A stretch of DNA of 64,000 nt from Zygnema circumcarinatum SAG 698-1b (lineage: Eukaryota > Plantae > Zygnematophyceae): positions 558,001 to 622,000 of the forward strand of contig CM074821.1 of assembly GCA_037447605.1 (NCBI GenBank), read 5' to 3'. Below the pieces are notes generated by a model that was not told the origin of the DNA, made no database searches, and was given only the letters and a program-made list of their open reading frames with translations. Made by a program: the position numbers and the translations under genes. This document shows positions 25,054-38,000 of the stretch, one piece after another; position 1 is the first letter of the stretch, and each line of letters opens with the position of its first letter.

Positions 25054-26526
25054 ATGACGACCTTCATCCCGCCGAAGGAGACCGGCGAAGTCTCCCGCAT
25101 TCTATGGCGGCTGCCCGTCCTCCTCCTCAGCGTCGCCCTCCTCCTCTTCTTGGGCAACGCCTCCCTCGGGTACACCTTCATGCGGTCGCAGCCCTCGGGC
25201 CACCCTCCCCCCGTGCAGTGGCCCATGGCGGAGGGATACAGGAGGGAGGGGAAGCTCTCTACGCAGCTGCACCGCCTGCTGGTCGAGGAGGGTCTGGCAG
25301 GGCGGCGGGCGGGGAGGGGGAGGGAGAGGGAGAGGGAAGGGGGGAGGGAGGAGAGGCTGAAAGTGACGGTGGTCAACAGTGCTTCGCGGCACAACGAGAT
25401 TGTGTTCTGGCTCGTGTACACCCTCCGATTGGTTCCGGATTTGGATCTGACGGCGTACAATAACTGGACGAAGCACGGGGCGAGGCAGTTTGTGGAGAAG
25501 ATGGATCGGCCCAAAAGGTTCAAGATTCGAGCCATCGACGACTTTGAAGAAGAGGTCTCCGCTGAGAGTGACAATCCTGACGTGCTGTTTCTAGCTACCT
25601 GCGGGAATGAATTGGCGAATATCGGCGCGACTTTGAGGATGTTGCTGAAGTTCAACCCTAATCTGAGACTGATCTGCATCAACCATCATTCTGAGCTTAT
25701 CTTAAACAACACCAAACCGCTTCTGCCTTTTGCGAAGGCTAAGGCGTTGACCTTCGTCAGTTTGGCACCTCATATAGCGGATTTTGTGAAATCAAATATT
25801 ATTCCTAAGCTGGTAAAAACCTCTCCGCAGTTCGCCCATGTTCCAAGCCTGCATGCTCCTCTCACCTTTATATATGAGCCCATGTTTCCCTGCCCTCGAG
25901 ACATGTCGGAAATCTACCCCGCCGCTTTTCCGAAGGGCACTTCTTGTTTTAGCGACTTTGCCATTCAGGAAAAAGTGGAACTTCACCGACGAAATTGCAC
26001 GCGTGTACTTCAAGGACTGAATGAGAAGCTGAAAAAGCAACCACAAGAGTGGCAAACTTTTCATCTGAACCTGTTGGGGGTCAGTAAGCCGAACACGACC
26101 CTTCCGAAACTTGTTGGTAAGAAATTGAGGTTTTTCAAGGGGCTTGATTACAAGGAGTTTTATGGGAGGCTACATCACAATGCAGCTTTGCTGCCGGCAT
26201 TTCGTTTGGGAGCTCCTTACCTCAATGTTTCGCCCTACACAGCAGCCGTTTCACTCATCGCAGGTGTTCCCTTCATAGCGGATGAGAAGTTCCTAAAGAC
26301 TCACAATATCTTTCAGGAGGATGATGTCTATCTGCAGGAGGAGGGTGAGACTGTAGCAGACACTATTGAGCGGATTAGGAGGTTAAGTATGGCTGAAGTC
26401 GTAGAAAAGAAGAGGAGGCTCGCTGCATTAAACCTGAGGTTGATTCTGAAAAATGTCCACCAGTTTAGGTCACTTATCAGAGAAGGGGCCGTGGACAACA
26501 CGACACTTGCTGTCCAAAGGAGGTAG
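25054..26526 (+). CDS. Intronless type-II membrane protein, putative glycosyltransferase-like
   Basis: 490-aa ORF with a short N-terminal tail, hydrophobic anchor (LPVLLLSVALLLFLG), a stem, then a globular domain with H-E-I..., HH, LAPH, FAIQ..RRN and L-D-Y..FY..LH...ALLPAF segments that resemble uncharacterised algal GT-B-like proteins. Function is inferred. Confidence 0.7.
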   Translation: MTTFIPPKETGEVSRILWRLPVLLLSVALLLFLGNASLGYTFMRSQPSGHPPPVQWPMAEGYRREGKLSTQLHRLLVEEGLAGRRAGRGREREREGGREERLKVTVVNSASRHNEIVFWLVYTLRLVPDLDLTAYNNWTKHGARQFVEKMDRPKRFKIRAIDDFEEEVSAESDNPDVLFLATCGNELANIGATLRMLLKFNPNLRLICINHHSELILNNTKPLLPFAKAKALTFVSLAPHIADFVKSNIIPKLVKTSPQFAHVPSLHAPLTFIYEPMFPCPRDMSEIYPAAFPKGTSCFSDFAIQEKVELHRRNCTRVLQGLNEKLKKQPQEWQTFHLNLLGVSKPNTTLPKLVGKKLRFFKGLDYKEFYGRLHHNAALLPAFRLGAPYLNVSPYTAAVSLIAGVPFIADEKFLKTHNIFQEDDVYLQEEGETVADTIERIRRLSMAEVVEKKRRLAALNLRLILKNVHQFRSLIREGAVDNTTLAVQRR

Positions 26527-26849
26527 TCAAAGAAGCCGCTTACAGACTTTAGTATCGTTATTATTCGTTAAGTATTAAAAAATAATTTTTTACATGTTTT
26601 GCTTTTGCTTAATGTTATATTCACTGCCAACAGCTTCGTATATCTACATCATCAACTCATGCTTTGTGTTCTTGTCAAGGCAAATGGGGAGGCAAATGCC
26701 TCCTCTTTTTACCCTTCGTTACCTTTTACCCCTTAATACCTTTTTACCTCATCCCTTATTCTCAGCGAGTGGACACAAGTCTGCATTGGGGGAAAGAAAA
26801 CGCTCGTTCTTATCCTTCATGAACCCTGCACTATTTTCCCAGGCATTAT

Positions 26850-27665
26850 TTGCTCCTCTCTTTCACGTTCCCCTCCTCCCTCTTCCATCAACCTCATCGT
26901 TTTCCCTCTCCTCCCCTTACACCCTCTCTCTCTCGAAAAAACATCTCCCTCCCTCTCCCAATCCCCCCTTTCCCCTGCTCCCTCCCTCCCTCCCTCCCAC
27001 GCCTCCCTTCCTCCCTACATCCCTCTCTCCCCTCCCTCCCTCCCTGCCTCCCTCCCTCCCTCCCTCCCTCCCTCCCTCCCTCCCTCCCTCCCTCCCTCCT
27101 CCTCCTCCTCCCTCCCTCCTCCTCCCTCCCTCCTCCCTCCCTCCCTCCCTCCCTCCCTCCCTCCCTCCCTCCCTCCCTCCTCCTCCCTCCCTCCCCTCCC
27201 CTCCCTCCTCCTCCCTCCCTCCTCCTCCCTCCCACCTTCCCCACCCCTGCCCCCCCCTCCCCCACCCCCTGCTCCTCCCTCCCTTCCCCCCTCCCTCTCC
27301 TCCCCCTCCCCCTCTCCCTCTCCCCTTCTCCCCCTTCATCCCTCCAACCCCCGCCTCTCCCCCTCTCCCCTCTCCCCTCTCCCCCTCTCCCCCTTTCCCC
27401 CTCTCCCGCTCGCCCCCTCTCCCCTCTCCCCCTCTTCCCTCTCCCCTCTCCTCTCCCCCTCTCCCCTCTCCCCTCTCCCCTCTCCCCTCTCCCCCCTCTC
27501 CCCTCCCTCCCTCCTCCTCCCTCCCTCTCCCTCTCCCCTCTCCCCTCTCCCCTCTCCCTCTCCCTCTCCCCTCTCCCCTCTCCCTCTCCCCTCTCTCCCC
27601 TCTCCCCCTCTCCCCCCTCTCCCCCCTCTCCCCTCTCCCTCTCTCCCCTCTCCCCTCTCCCCTCG
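26850..27665. repeat. About 800-bp polypyrimidine tract, (CCCT)n/(CCCTCT)n
   Basis: Almost only C and T on the + strand. Confidence 0.9.
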
Positions 27666-28497
27666 GCCTTCCAAACCCTGCCACCTGGCACGCGCCTGCG
27701 GTCGCCCATCTCTCCATTCCGTTCCGTTCCGTTCCGTTCCGCGGAATTGCGCCATGCTGTTGCATGCAGAAACAACGCCGATCTTTGCGTCGACTCCCTG
27801 AATAGAACACCCGCTCGTGGGAACCGGCCGTTCTATGGTCATGGTGTACCCTCCGACAGTTTAACTGTGGCCGCCTCCCATGGAACCCCTCCCATGCCCG
27901 GCCTGCCTGCCTGCCTGCCTGGCTCTTGCAGGGCTCGCGATGAATAATAGAGTGAATTTCAATTTTCAATTCGAATTCCAAAAAAATAAAGCAGTTCTGC
28001 TTCCCGAGCGGATGCTGCCCAAGATACTCCGAAACTCTGAAAACAACGGAAAACTCTCGAGGGTCCGCTTCCACGTCCGAGTTCTTTTCCGCATTTTTTT
28101 TTTGTTCTACCACTTCTTTTTCCCGTTCGCTTCTGGTTCTTGTGAGGCTGCAAACTCGGAACAGTTTTCCGTTTCGCTAGAAGACAACCTGATGCGATTA
28201 TTTGGCTCTGATAGGTCGCACGGATTTTTAGTTTTTCTAAGCAAAAGTTGCGAGCCACATGAGAAAAACGACAAGATCCAACGGTTGAGATACAGCGAGG
28301 GGACACGTGGCGCGTCCTCGAGGAAAGTCCGAAAATCCCGGAGGCGGCGCTTCACGCCGGTCGCGATTGGCGGGGACGCTGACACGTGACAGGCATGTTT
28401 GGCATGGCGCGCAATCGCTGACACGTGACCGAATCGGCGACCAGCTAGCTGTGTGCCTAACCGACACACTTGTCGCGTTGGCGTGTCTGCGTATCGA

Positions 28498-29976
28498 TAG
28501 GGTTTAGGCTTAGGGTTAGGGATTACATTCAAGGGTTAGGGTTCAGGGTGAAGGTTCAGGGTTTAAGGTTTAGGGTTAGGGATTAAAGTCTAGCGCAGGG
28601 TTCATGGTTAAGGTTTAGGGTTAGGGATTAAAGTCTAGCGCAGGGTTCATGGTTAAGGTTTAGGGTTAGGGATTAAAGTCTAGCGCAGGGTTCATGGTTA
28701 AGGTTTAGGGTTAGGGATTAAAGTCTAGCGCAGGGTTCATGGTTAAGGTTTAGGGTTAGGGATTAAAGTCTAGGGTTAGGGTTCAGGGTGAAGGTTCAGG
28801 GTTTAAGGTTTAGGGTTAGGGATTAAAGTCTAGCGCAGGGTTCATGGTTAAGGTTTAGGGTTAGGGATTAGGGATTTTAGGGCTTAGGGTTAGGGATTAA
28901 AGTCTAGGGTTAGGGTTTCAAGGTTAGGGTTTAGAGTTTAGGGCTTCGGGTTTAGGGTTTAGAGTTTAGGGCTTCGGGTTTAGGGTTTAGAGTTTAGGGT
29001 TTCGGGTTTAGGGTTTAGGGCTTAGGGTTAGGGATTAAAGTCTAGGGTTAAGGTTCAGGGTTTAAGGTTTAGGGTTTAGGGCTTAGGGTTAGGGATTAAA
29101 GTCTAGGGTTAGGGTTCAGGGTGAAGGTTCAGGGTTTAAGGTTTAGGGTTAGGGATTAAAGTCTAGCGCAGGGTTCATGGTTAAGGTTTAGGGTTTAGGG
29201 CTTAGGGTTAGGGATTAAAGTCTAGCGCAGGGTTCATGGTTAAGGTTTAGGGTTAGGGATTAAAGTCTAGGGTTAGGGTTCAGGGTGAAGGTTCAGGGTT
29301 TAAGGTTTAGGGTTAGGGATTAAAGTCTAGCGCAGGGTTCATGGTTAAGGTTTAGGGTTTAGGGCTTAGGGTTAGGGATTAAAGTCTAGGGTTAGGGTTC
29401 AGGGTGAAGGTTCAGGGTTTAAGGTTTAGGGTTAGGGATTAAAGTCTAGCGCAGGGTTCATGGTTAAGGTTTAGGGGTTAGGGCTTAGGGTTAGGGATTA
29501 AAGTCTAGGGTTACGGTTTCAAGGTTAGGGTTTAGAGTTTAGGGCTTCGGGTTTAGGGTTTAGGGCTTAGGGTGTGGGGGTTGGGGTTTGGGGTTTGGGG
29601 TTGGGTTGAAGGTTTAGGGTTCAGAGTTTACGGATTAAAGTCTAGGGTTAAGGTTCAGGGTTAGGGTTTAGAATTGAGAGCTTAGGGTTTAGGGATTACA
29701 TTCAAGGGTTAGGGTTCAAGTCAGGGTTTAGAGTTGAGGGCTTAGGGTTTCGGGATAATAGTCTAGGGTTAGGGTTCAGGGTGAAGGTTCAGGGTTTAAG
29801 GTTTAGGGTTAGGGATTAAAGTCTAGCGCAGGGTTCATGGTTAAGGTTTAGGGTTTAGGGCTTAGGGTTAGGGATTAAAGTCTAGGGTTAGGGTTTCAAG
29901 GTTAGGGTTTAGAGTTTAGGGCTTCGGGTTTAGGGTTTAGAGTTTAGGGCTTCGGGTTTAGGGTTTAAGGTTCAGA
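28498..29976 (+). repeat. 1.5-kb telomere-like satellite (TTAGGG/TTTAGGG) with 45-bp higher-order units
   Basis: Unit gggttagggattaaagtctagcgcagggttcatggttaaggttta repeats at 45-bp period (e.g. 28576, 28621, 28666), mixed with variant blocks. Confidence 0.92.
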
Positions 29977-30291
29977 GTTCCAGACGCCGCTGGTTTCGGA
30001 TTTCAGAATGGCATAAGCTTTCAAGAGTTTGTGGTTTCCCCGTGCCGGAGGGCTTATCGGGGTTCAAGGTGCCGCATGCCGCATGCATGCATGCATGTAT
30101 GCATTTATGCTTGTATGTATGTATGCGGACCACTCGCAAACCCTAAAAACTCTGTGAACCTTTTCGTTTGGAACGCGTATGGCATTTATTTTTGATATGT
30201 ACATTTTACATTTGAGCCGGTCGGTCCCGCTTTCGTTTTTTGTGCTCCTCGACTGACTGACTGACTGACTGACTGACGCACTGCCCAGAAG

Positions 30292-30516
30292 CTAAAGGTT
30301 CCGCTCGTTCGGTTCGAACCACGGGAAGTCCAAAAACTCGAACACTTCGCGCTCCGTCTTGAGCGGCACGCTCTCATCCGACCGTGCGACCTGCATGCAT
30401 GCATGCATGCGTGCCAGGTGGCAGATCGGACGGCGGTTAGCGCCCGGCGGAGCCTTGCAGAGCATGCGGCGATGCATGTATGCGATTTGCTGGATTGAAT
30501 GGATGAGATGATGATG

Positions 30517-30548
<32 letters not shown>

Positions 30549-30562
30549 GATGATGGTGGTGG

Positions 30563-30608
<46 letters not shown>

Positions 30609-32812
30609 GATGATGGTGGTGGTGATGATGATGATGATGATTATGATGATGATGATGATGATGATGGTGATTATGATGATGATGATGATGATGATGATGG
30701 TGATTATGATGATGATGATGATGATGATGATGGTGATGGTGATTATGATGATGATGAGATTATGATGATGATGATGATGATGAGATGATGATGATGATTA
30801 TGATGATGATGAGATGATGATGATGATTATGATGATGATGAGATGATGATGATGATTATGATGATGATGAGATCATGATGAGATGATGATGATTAGATGA
30901 TGATGATTAGATGATGATGATTAGATGATGATGATGATGATGATGATGAGGGCATTTTCTATTACCGAGAAACAACAAGATGACTCCAAGCTTTACTAGT
31001 TATATATATACATAGGGAGATACTATTTACGCACCGTTTTTGTCTAGATACACACCTTTTTTCAACGGTCAGATTTTATTTTAGGGGTTTTTAGGGTTTT
31101 GGGGGGGTTTTTTATTTTTGGTTTTTTACCTTCTGCCCGTAGCGGTCCTTCACGACGGGGTACAGCCCGTGGTCGTCAAGTTTGTACCCCTTTTTATCCG
31201 CCACAATTCGCAATCTGAAAATAATTTCAACCGCGTCCCCCCTGCCACGTGTCAGGTGAAGCAGGCAAGCTCTGCCCTTTTTCCTTTCTCCTTCCAACGC
31301 GAAGAAACTGCCCCAAACCCAAAACCCCATTTTGAGCAAGAGCTCGCGGACTGAAAAAAAATGAAAATTTGGACCAAAAGCAACCTCCGGTTGAGCACGT
31401 CGTTGCCGGTCCACGCGATGAGGCCGAACGGAAATTGGTCCAAGGGGTACACCTGGTGAGCCAAAACCCCTTCAATTAAAAAAAAAAAAGAAAAACACAC
31501 ACACACACACACACACAGACACATAGAAGAAGTACAAGTCATACGTTTCTTTCCTGCCGAGGAGGGAGGGAGGGGGGGAGGGAGGGAGGGGAGGAAAGGG
31601 GCTAATTTCAATTCCTTTTATTAAATCTTTTTGTTCTAATGACCTACTAATTAAGCTCAGGATTCAAACTATATCCTGTTCGAGTTCTTGAATCATTTAG
31701 TTAGGGACAGTGAACAATAGTGATTTTTTTTTTTTTTTTCCCCACCTTGAAATCGATCCGGTGGCGCCGGTCCCTCCCCGGATAGCAGCACAGCCCAAAG
31801 TACGTATCCACTCCCTTGTCCGTTCCCTGCCAAACCCTAACTGCGAACGGAGTAAATTACAGCATAGAAACCGGGAAACCCTAACACATGGAGGACAGCT
31901 GCTTGGCTTGACCCAGACCCATGCCATGAAATCATGACGTCAGCGTGATGCTTGATGACGTGGCAGAAACCCAATCAACCAGGAACACAATTTTGGCAGC
32001 TTTTTTTTGCAGACGGAAAAATGCCCTGTTCTATGTGTCTGATGCGTTCAAGCAGCCTCCGTACATTTTTGTCCTTTTCCCCTATCAGTTTGTCTTTACC
32101 TCCACACTGTGGGTGGGTCCCACCAGAAGGTCCTCCTTGAGGAATCCTTTTTCCTTCAGTCTTTGAATGAGGAGAGGAAGCACTCCTGCATGGCTGCCAG
32201 ATGGCAATAAACGACAAAAAAAGGGTCAGACTAAAGGTCCAAATTACTCCATTTTTTGGGCCCAAAGAAGTACCTTGGGACTCTATTTCTTGATTAATTC
32301 ATTTAATTAATTAATTAATTAATTGATCTCTATGTAGAAACACCGACCTGCAAGACTATGGCAGCTGCTCTAGCTTAAAGGAGCAGGAAGGAGGAGCCAT
32401 TTTTTTTTTTTTTCACTAAGGATGAGTGCCAAACCGCGCTGCCAGGTCTCCTCCGCTTTAACTTAGTCAAATCAGGTCTCATTCGACTAACCAAAGTGAC
32501 CAAAAGTACTAAAAGTTCTAAAAGTACTAAAAGTACGCTTAGGTCGAGAAAACGGCGAGCCAAGCGCACTGCCCGACTGGGCCTCCCTCCCTCCCTCGTG
32601 CGGTTCGGATTTTGGGGTTTTAGGGTTTTTAGGGGTTTTGGGGTTTTTAGGGTTTATAGGGTGTTTAGGGTTTTGGGAGGGAGCGTGGCTCGGGAGGTTC
32701 GAACCTGCGACCGTCCGCGTGCGAGAGCAGAAGGTCCACGTCGCCGGACTGACCCCGCCCGCGCCGATACGACCCGCCGCAGACCACCCGCATCTGCACG
32801 CACGCAACCCAT

Positions 32813-32865
<53 letters not shown>

Positions 32866-33294
32866 CCTCCCTCCCTCCCCTCCCTCCCCTCCCTCCCTCC
32901 CTCCCTCCCTCCCTCCCTCCTCTCTCTCTTTCTCTCTCCCTCGTCTCTCTCTCTCTCTCCGCCCATCTGCCCCCTCCCACTCTCCCTCTCTCCCTCCCTC
33001 CCTCCCCCCTCCCTCACATTCTCACTTTCCCTCCCCTCTCTCTCTTCCCATCTTCCTCCTCCATCCCTCCCTCTCTCTATCTGCCTTTCTCTCTTGACCT
33101 CTCTCCCTCCCCTCTCTCTCTCTCGTCCCTCATCTTCCCCCTCCCTCCCTCTCTCCCTCCCCCCTCCCTCTCTCTTTCTCTCTCTCACTCTCTCCCTCTC
33201 GCTCTCTTTTCCTCTCTCTCGTTCTCAAACACTCTGCTCTCCTCTCTCTTACTCTCTCCTTTTCCAATCGCCCTCCCTTCCCCCCCCTCTCTCT

Positions 33295-33326
<32 letters not shown>

Positions 33327-35029
33327 AACACATTCCCCTCCCTCCCCCTCCCCCACTCACCGTATCCCCAGCTTTGCACCCCATACTCCCATTAATCTTC
33401 GGTTAAAGCAAGCGTAGTTTACCCCCGGCTGAACTTCTTCCGCCGTTTCTTTTACAATCCTCTCCATCACTGCCACCTGGCATCCGTACAGAATTTAAAA
33501 TGGGCCAAAAACCAACCTAGAATCATTTGAGTAATTCATCAAAAGTTGAAAGTAAAGAAGAGCTCTAATCTCAGATAACTCTAACATTTTTATAAGAATA
33601 AAAAACAGCAGTAGCACATTAGCCACACCTTAAACATGCATTTCATTCCGCTCTAGTGATGTCATGTCACATCATGTCACGCGTCACGTCACGTCACGTC
33701 ACGTCACGTCACGACAACAATAACGGTGCAAAAAAATGTGAGCAGACGTCGAGTTTCATTGTGTGACACTTGTCACAAGAGCTTCTAAAAGTTGAAATTT
33801 CGATGCATTTCTATGGTCAAAAAAGGAAGTTTGACCAAAAATAAGAAACCCCCAACAAATTTGGTGCTTAGTACCAGCCAATCGCGTCCGGCCACGTGGA
33901 AAATGCGGCATTTCTGGTAATCGAACGTTACATATTTACTGAAAAATGGACGGCTGGGATGCAGTAGATCCATCAGGCCCCAAAGGAAAGGACAGGTGGG
34001 AGAGAATGGGATTGGTTTGGAGGAAAAAACTGAACAGGAAACTGGAAGCATAGAAATGTCCCATTTACCTCGTGCCGGGGTATTTTTGTATTTATATCGC
34101 GGTGAAATTTAATTCCCGTCCGCTGCGCAGAAGTGAGAGAGGGCTCCTTAAGAAGGGCCTCCAATGAGCCGTATCCCATTTTGTAATATTTTTCCGCAGA
34201 ATGGGGTCCAATACCCCATATAGACCCAAATAGGATTAGGGTGCGAGTCTGACAAAGAAGAAGCCACAAGTGGGAAAAGGGCAGAGGAAGGGAAGGAGAG
34301 GAGAGAGGGAGAGGGAGAGAAGAGGGGGGAGAGAGTTGGTGGAGCACGCGGGAGAGAGGAGAGGGAAGGAGAGGCGAGGGGGAGTGGGAGAGAAGAGGGA
34401 AATGAAAGAAGAGGGGGGAGAGAGTTAGCGGAGTGGGAGAGAGGAGGAAGAGCGAGGATGAGTGGGAGATGAAGGAGAGGGAGAGGGAGGGGAATGGGAG
34501 AGGACAGAGAACGGGAGCGATAGGGGGATGGGAGAAGGAGAGAGGGAGAGAAAGTCGGATAAGTCGCCAGGGTTGGAAGTTCTCAGAGGGGGGAGAGGAA
34601 GAGCAAGAGAGGAGAAGAGGGAGAGAGCAAAGGTAGAGAGAGCATACAAAATTCAGATAAATAGAGAAGGGAGGGAGTAGGGAGAGATAGAGGAGGAGGA
34701 AAGTGAAGAGGGCGAGAAGGAAAGAGGTAAAGCAAAGAGAAGAACACCTTGAGAGGGGAGAGGAGAGGAGAGGAGAGGAGGCGAGGGTTGGATGAGGGAG
34801 GGGACGAGGGGATAGAGAGAGGTGGGAGAGATGGGGAGTCTGAACATTGCGAGCGGCAGAAAGAAGAGTTTGAAGGCACAACGGAGATTTCCCCTCACCC
34901 TTTCATCTCGTTTGAAGTTCTCCAACCTCTGCAGCTTGCCCGTCTTCAGAATCTCATCAATCTGAAAATCAACGCAAACGTTTCTGCTTAATCTCTGCCC
35001 CCCTCTCTCTCTCTCTCTCTGTGTGTGTC

Positions 35030-35063
<34 letters not shown>

Positions 35064-38000
35064 GCCCGTTCTTTCAATTCCTATTCAACTTCCCCACTTT
35101 CCCTCTCTCCCCCTCCCCCTCTCCCTCCGCATCCTCTCGCACCCCTCCCTCCCCTCCCACTCTCTCTCACTCTCTATCTCTCTCTCTCTCTCACACACAC
35201 ACACACCCCACTTGCAGACCCCTTCACAAGAGTTACGGCAGAAGTCGTTAAACCCACAACTATCCTGAAATTTCTCCCCCTTTCAACTGCTTCACATCTT
35301 GCTATTCTGCTTTAGTCACATTTTAGCTATTTCTGCTCCTCACCTGACTAAGCAAAGATGGGCCGATTGCCGGAAAGCCCTTCACCTGTTCCACATCAGT
35401 TATACGGAACGGAATTTTTTCGAGCACAGAATTGGCCTTATAGTATGAAAAGGACCTCCTGTCATCGCCAAGGGCTGCAGCCAAAAGAAAAAAAAAAATT
35501 ATTTTCCGAGCAAGCAAGAAAAAGTTGCATTGAAGTCGCAGAGAACGGGCAGTTTGAAAACTTTCAACTGCAGAAGATGCCTAACAAATCAGGGAGATTT
35601 CTCCAAAGGGTTTTTGAAACCCAATTCTTTTTGCATGGGACATTACAAACAAATTTCTGACTATACAAGGATGAGCGAGATTTACCATCTTTATATATGT
35701 TTTTAAGCTCTGTGAAGGGCTTGGTTATATGGGTGTTCAAATCAGGTGGTCTATACTCCCCTGAATCCTGCACCAAATTTCAAACATAAGACATAATTAC
35801 AATTACGTTTCAGCATCAGTTTCAGTGCTGGAAAATCCATAGAAAAACCTACCAAATTTTTTTTTCCTCAGCAAACTTAGGTCTCAAAGATGATGTAAAG
35901 ATGGTTCACCTTCTCCCCTTCGGTACTCTCTTTTGACATCGTTGACATCACCTTCCCCTTCAAACTGTCGACCTCTACATCACTTTGTAGTCCAACATCA
36001 TCACATCCAAATCCATCTGATCTCTCCCTAGTGAAACTTCCCAGAAGCTTCTCAGCGGTCTTTCTCTCTTTCCCCTCCTCTGAACTCCTCCTCCTTTTTT
36101 TTTCCTCTCCTGCCCGTGCACTGTCCCGGATCACATTCAACCAATCCTGTCTCTTCTCATCTGCAGCTTCATGCTTCAACGAAATTTTTTCCGACTGCCC
36201 GGAAATTTCTTCACCTCCTTCTGCTCTCCATCCTCTACCTTCCCCACCCCTCCGATCAGTATGTTGGACCCTCCCAACATCACCTTTCTCCCTAACACTA
36301 TCCATCGCAACATCACTTTCGGGCATGTTTGACGGAACGGAATCAGTTTCAGTTTCCTCCTTCTCTGAGCTCAGGGAAGCCCTTGAAGGCGGGCTTTGGG
36401 TTTGGCTCAAAGACTCATCTAAAAAAGTTGCATTTCTCGCATTTTTCATGTGCTTAAACCTTATAGGAGGACTCTTGGGGGGTTCAGAATCTCGAACATC
36501 CTGCTCCTGCTTAGTAGATTTCCCCAGCTCGAACGGAGTAGTTGGCACTAATTCTCCTCTTTTTAGGCATTCTTCTATCCAATCAAATGACACACAGACC
36601 TGTACAACAACAAAAAGGAAGAAAAGAAGTGAATCGCCAATCGAGAAGGGACTATTCATTAGAGAAGGTAAAAGAGGGAAAACTATGCTCATGCACACTC
36701 TCATAAACCAAACTGTGGCTCTTTCTCAAGTCAAGGTTTTCGCCCTCCCTACCGCCCTCCTCACTCCTCCCTCCTCCCTCCTCCCTCCTCCCACCTCCCT
36801 CCTCCCTCCTCCCTCCTCCCTCTCCTCCCCTCCCCTCTTCTCTCTCCCCTCTCCCTCTCCCCCGCTCCCTCTCCCCCGCTCCCTCTCCCCCTCCCTCTCA
36901 CTCTCTCTGTCCCCGCCCCCTCCCCCGCCGTTCCTCCCTCCCACCCTCCCTCCCACCCTCTCTCCCTCTCCTGCTCCCTCCCTCCTGCCCTCGTCTTCTG
37001 TGTTTCTCTCTCCCTCTCTGCCTCTGCAACATGCGCTGCATTTTTCGGCAGAAACGGACATCCCTACAATACATGCAGCAGCGATCCATTTCTTATGATG
37101 CTCCAAGAACACGGAAAAATTCAACGACCAACCAACAGCCAACCAACAACCAACCAACAGCCAACCAACAACCAACCAACAGCCAACCAACAACCAACCA
37201 ACAGCCAACCAACAGCCAATGAATCGCCAGAATTGAGATCAGACCACGCGGAGTCTCCCTGCTCGCAACTCTCCAAGGCGGAGCACAATGCGCTCCCAGC
37301 TGCTGGCCACTACATGCGTGACACTTGGCGAGAGGTGATTGGCCAGAGAGCCGCCCAACTGCTCAATCTTCTTGCGCCAAACCTGCAACAGATGGAAGGA
37401 GGACTCTTCACTAATGAGCATTCCCCTGTTCATAGTCAGGGGTCGTTTCAGTTGCAGTTTCGTATCAGTTTCCATTTCATTCTCGGTATTTTATCAATGT
37501 ATGTTTGCTACCTTTCAGGATTTCCAAGGCTGTCGGCTAATTTTTCATATATGAAGTTGATTTTCTTGAATGAAGTTAATTGATCTGCACATGCTTTTAA
37601 TCAGCCATTTTTTTAACAGTTTAAATCCGTTTTTTTTCCCAAAGCTCCAATATATCTCTCCAACGCATTAAAGCGAGCACCTGTGGAGTCGACCTTTCTT
37701 TAGGAAAGATAGTTGACCAACCTCCAAAAGTTCTCTCTTATAAAAATTGAATGTTTTAGCAATGACATAGTTTTTCCAAATTGGATTAAAAAACTTAATC
37801 CCTAAAGTTTTTTTTATTAACTATAATATGAAGCATCCCTCTCCCTCGCCCGCTTCTCTCTTCCCTTCCCTTTATTTGTGTTCTCTCACTCTCTCTCTCT
37901 TCTCTAACTTCTCTCCTTCACCCTTCACCTCACCTCCCTTCGCCATCTCGCTCTCTTCTCCATTTCCCTTAGCCTCTCCTCCTCCTATGTCTTTCCCCTT

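Noticed and set aside
30499-30765. Poly-methionine ORF
   Set aside because: (GAT)n microsatellite on the antisense strand of a POLL intron.
32700-32800. Suspected frameshifts in POLL (RRG..GD) and in SH3P (60138-60207)
   Set aside because: Recounting the bases shows both are in frame.
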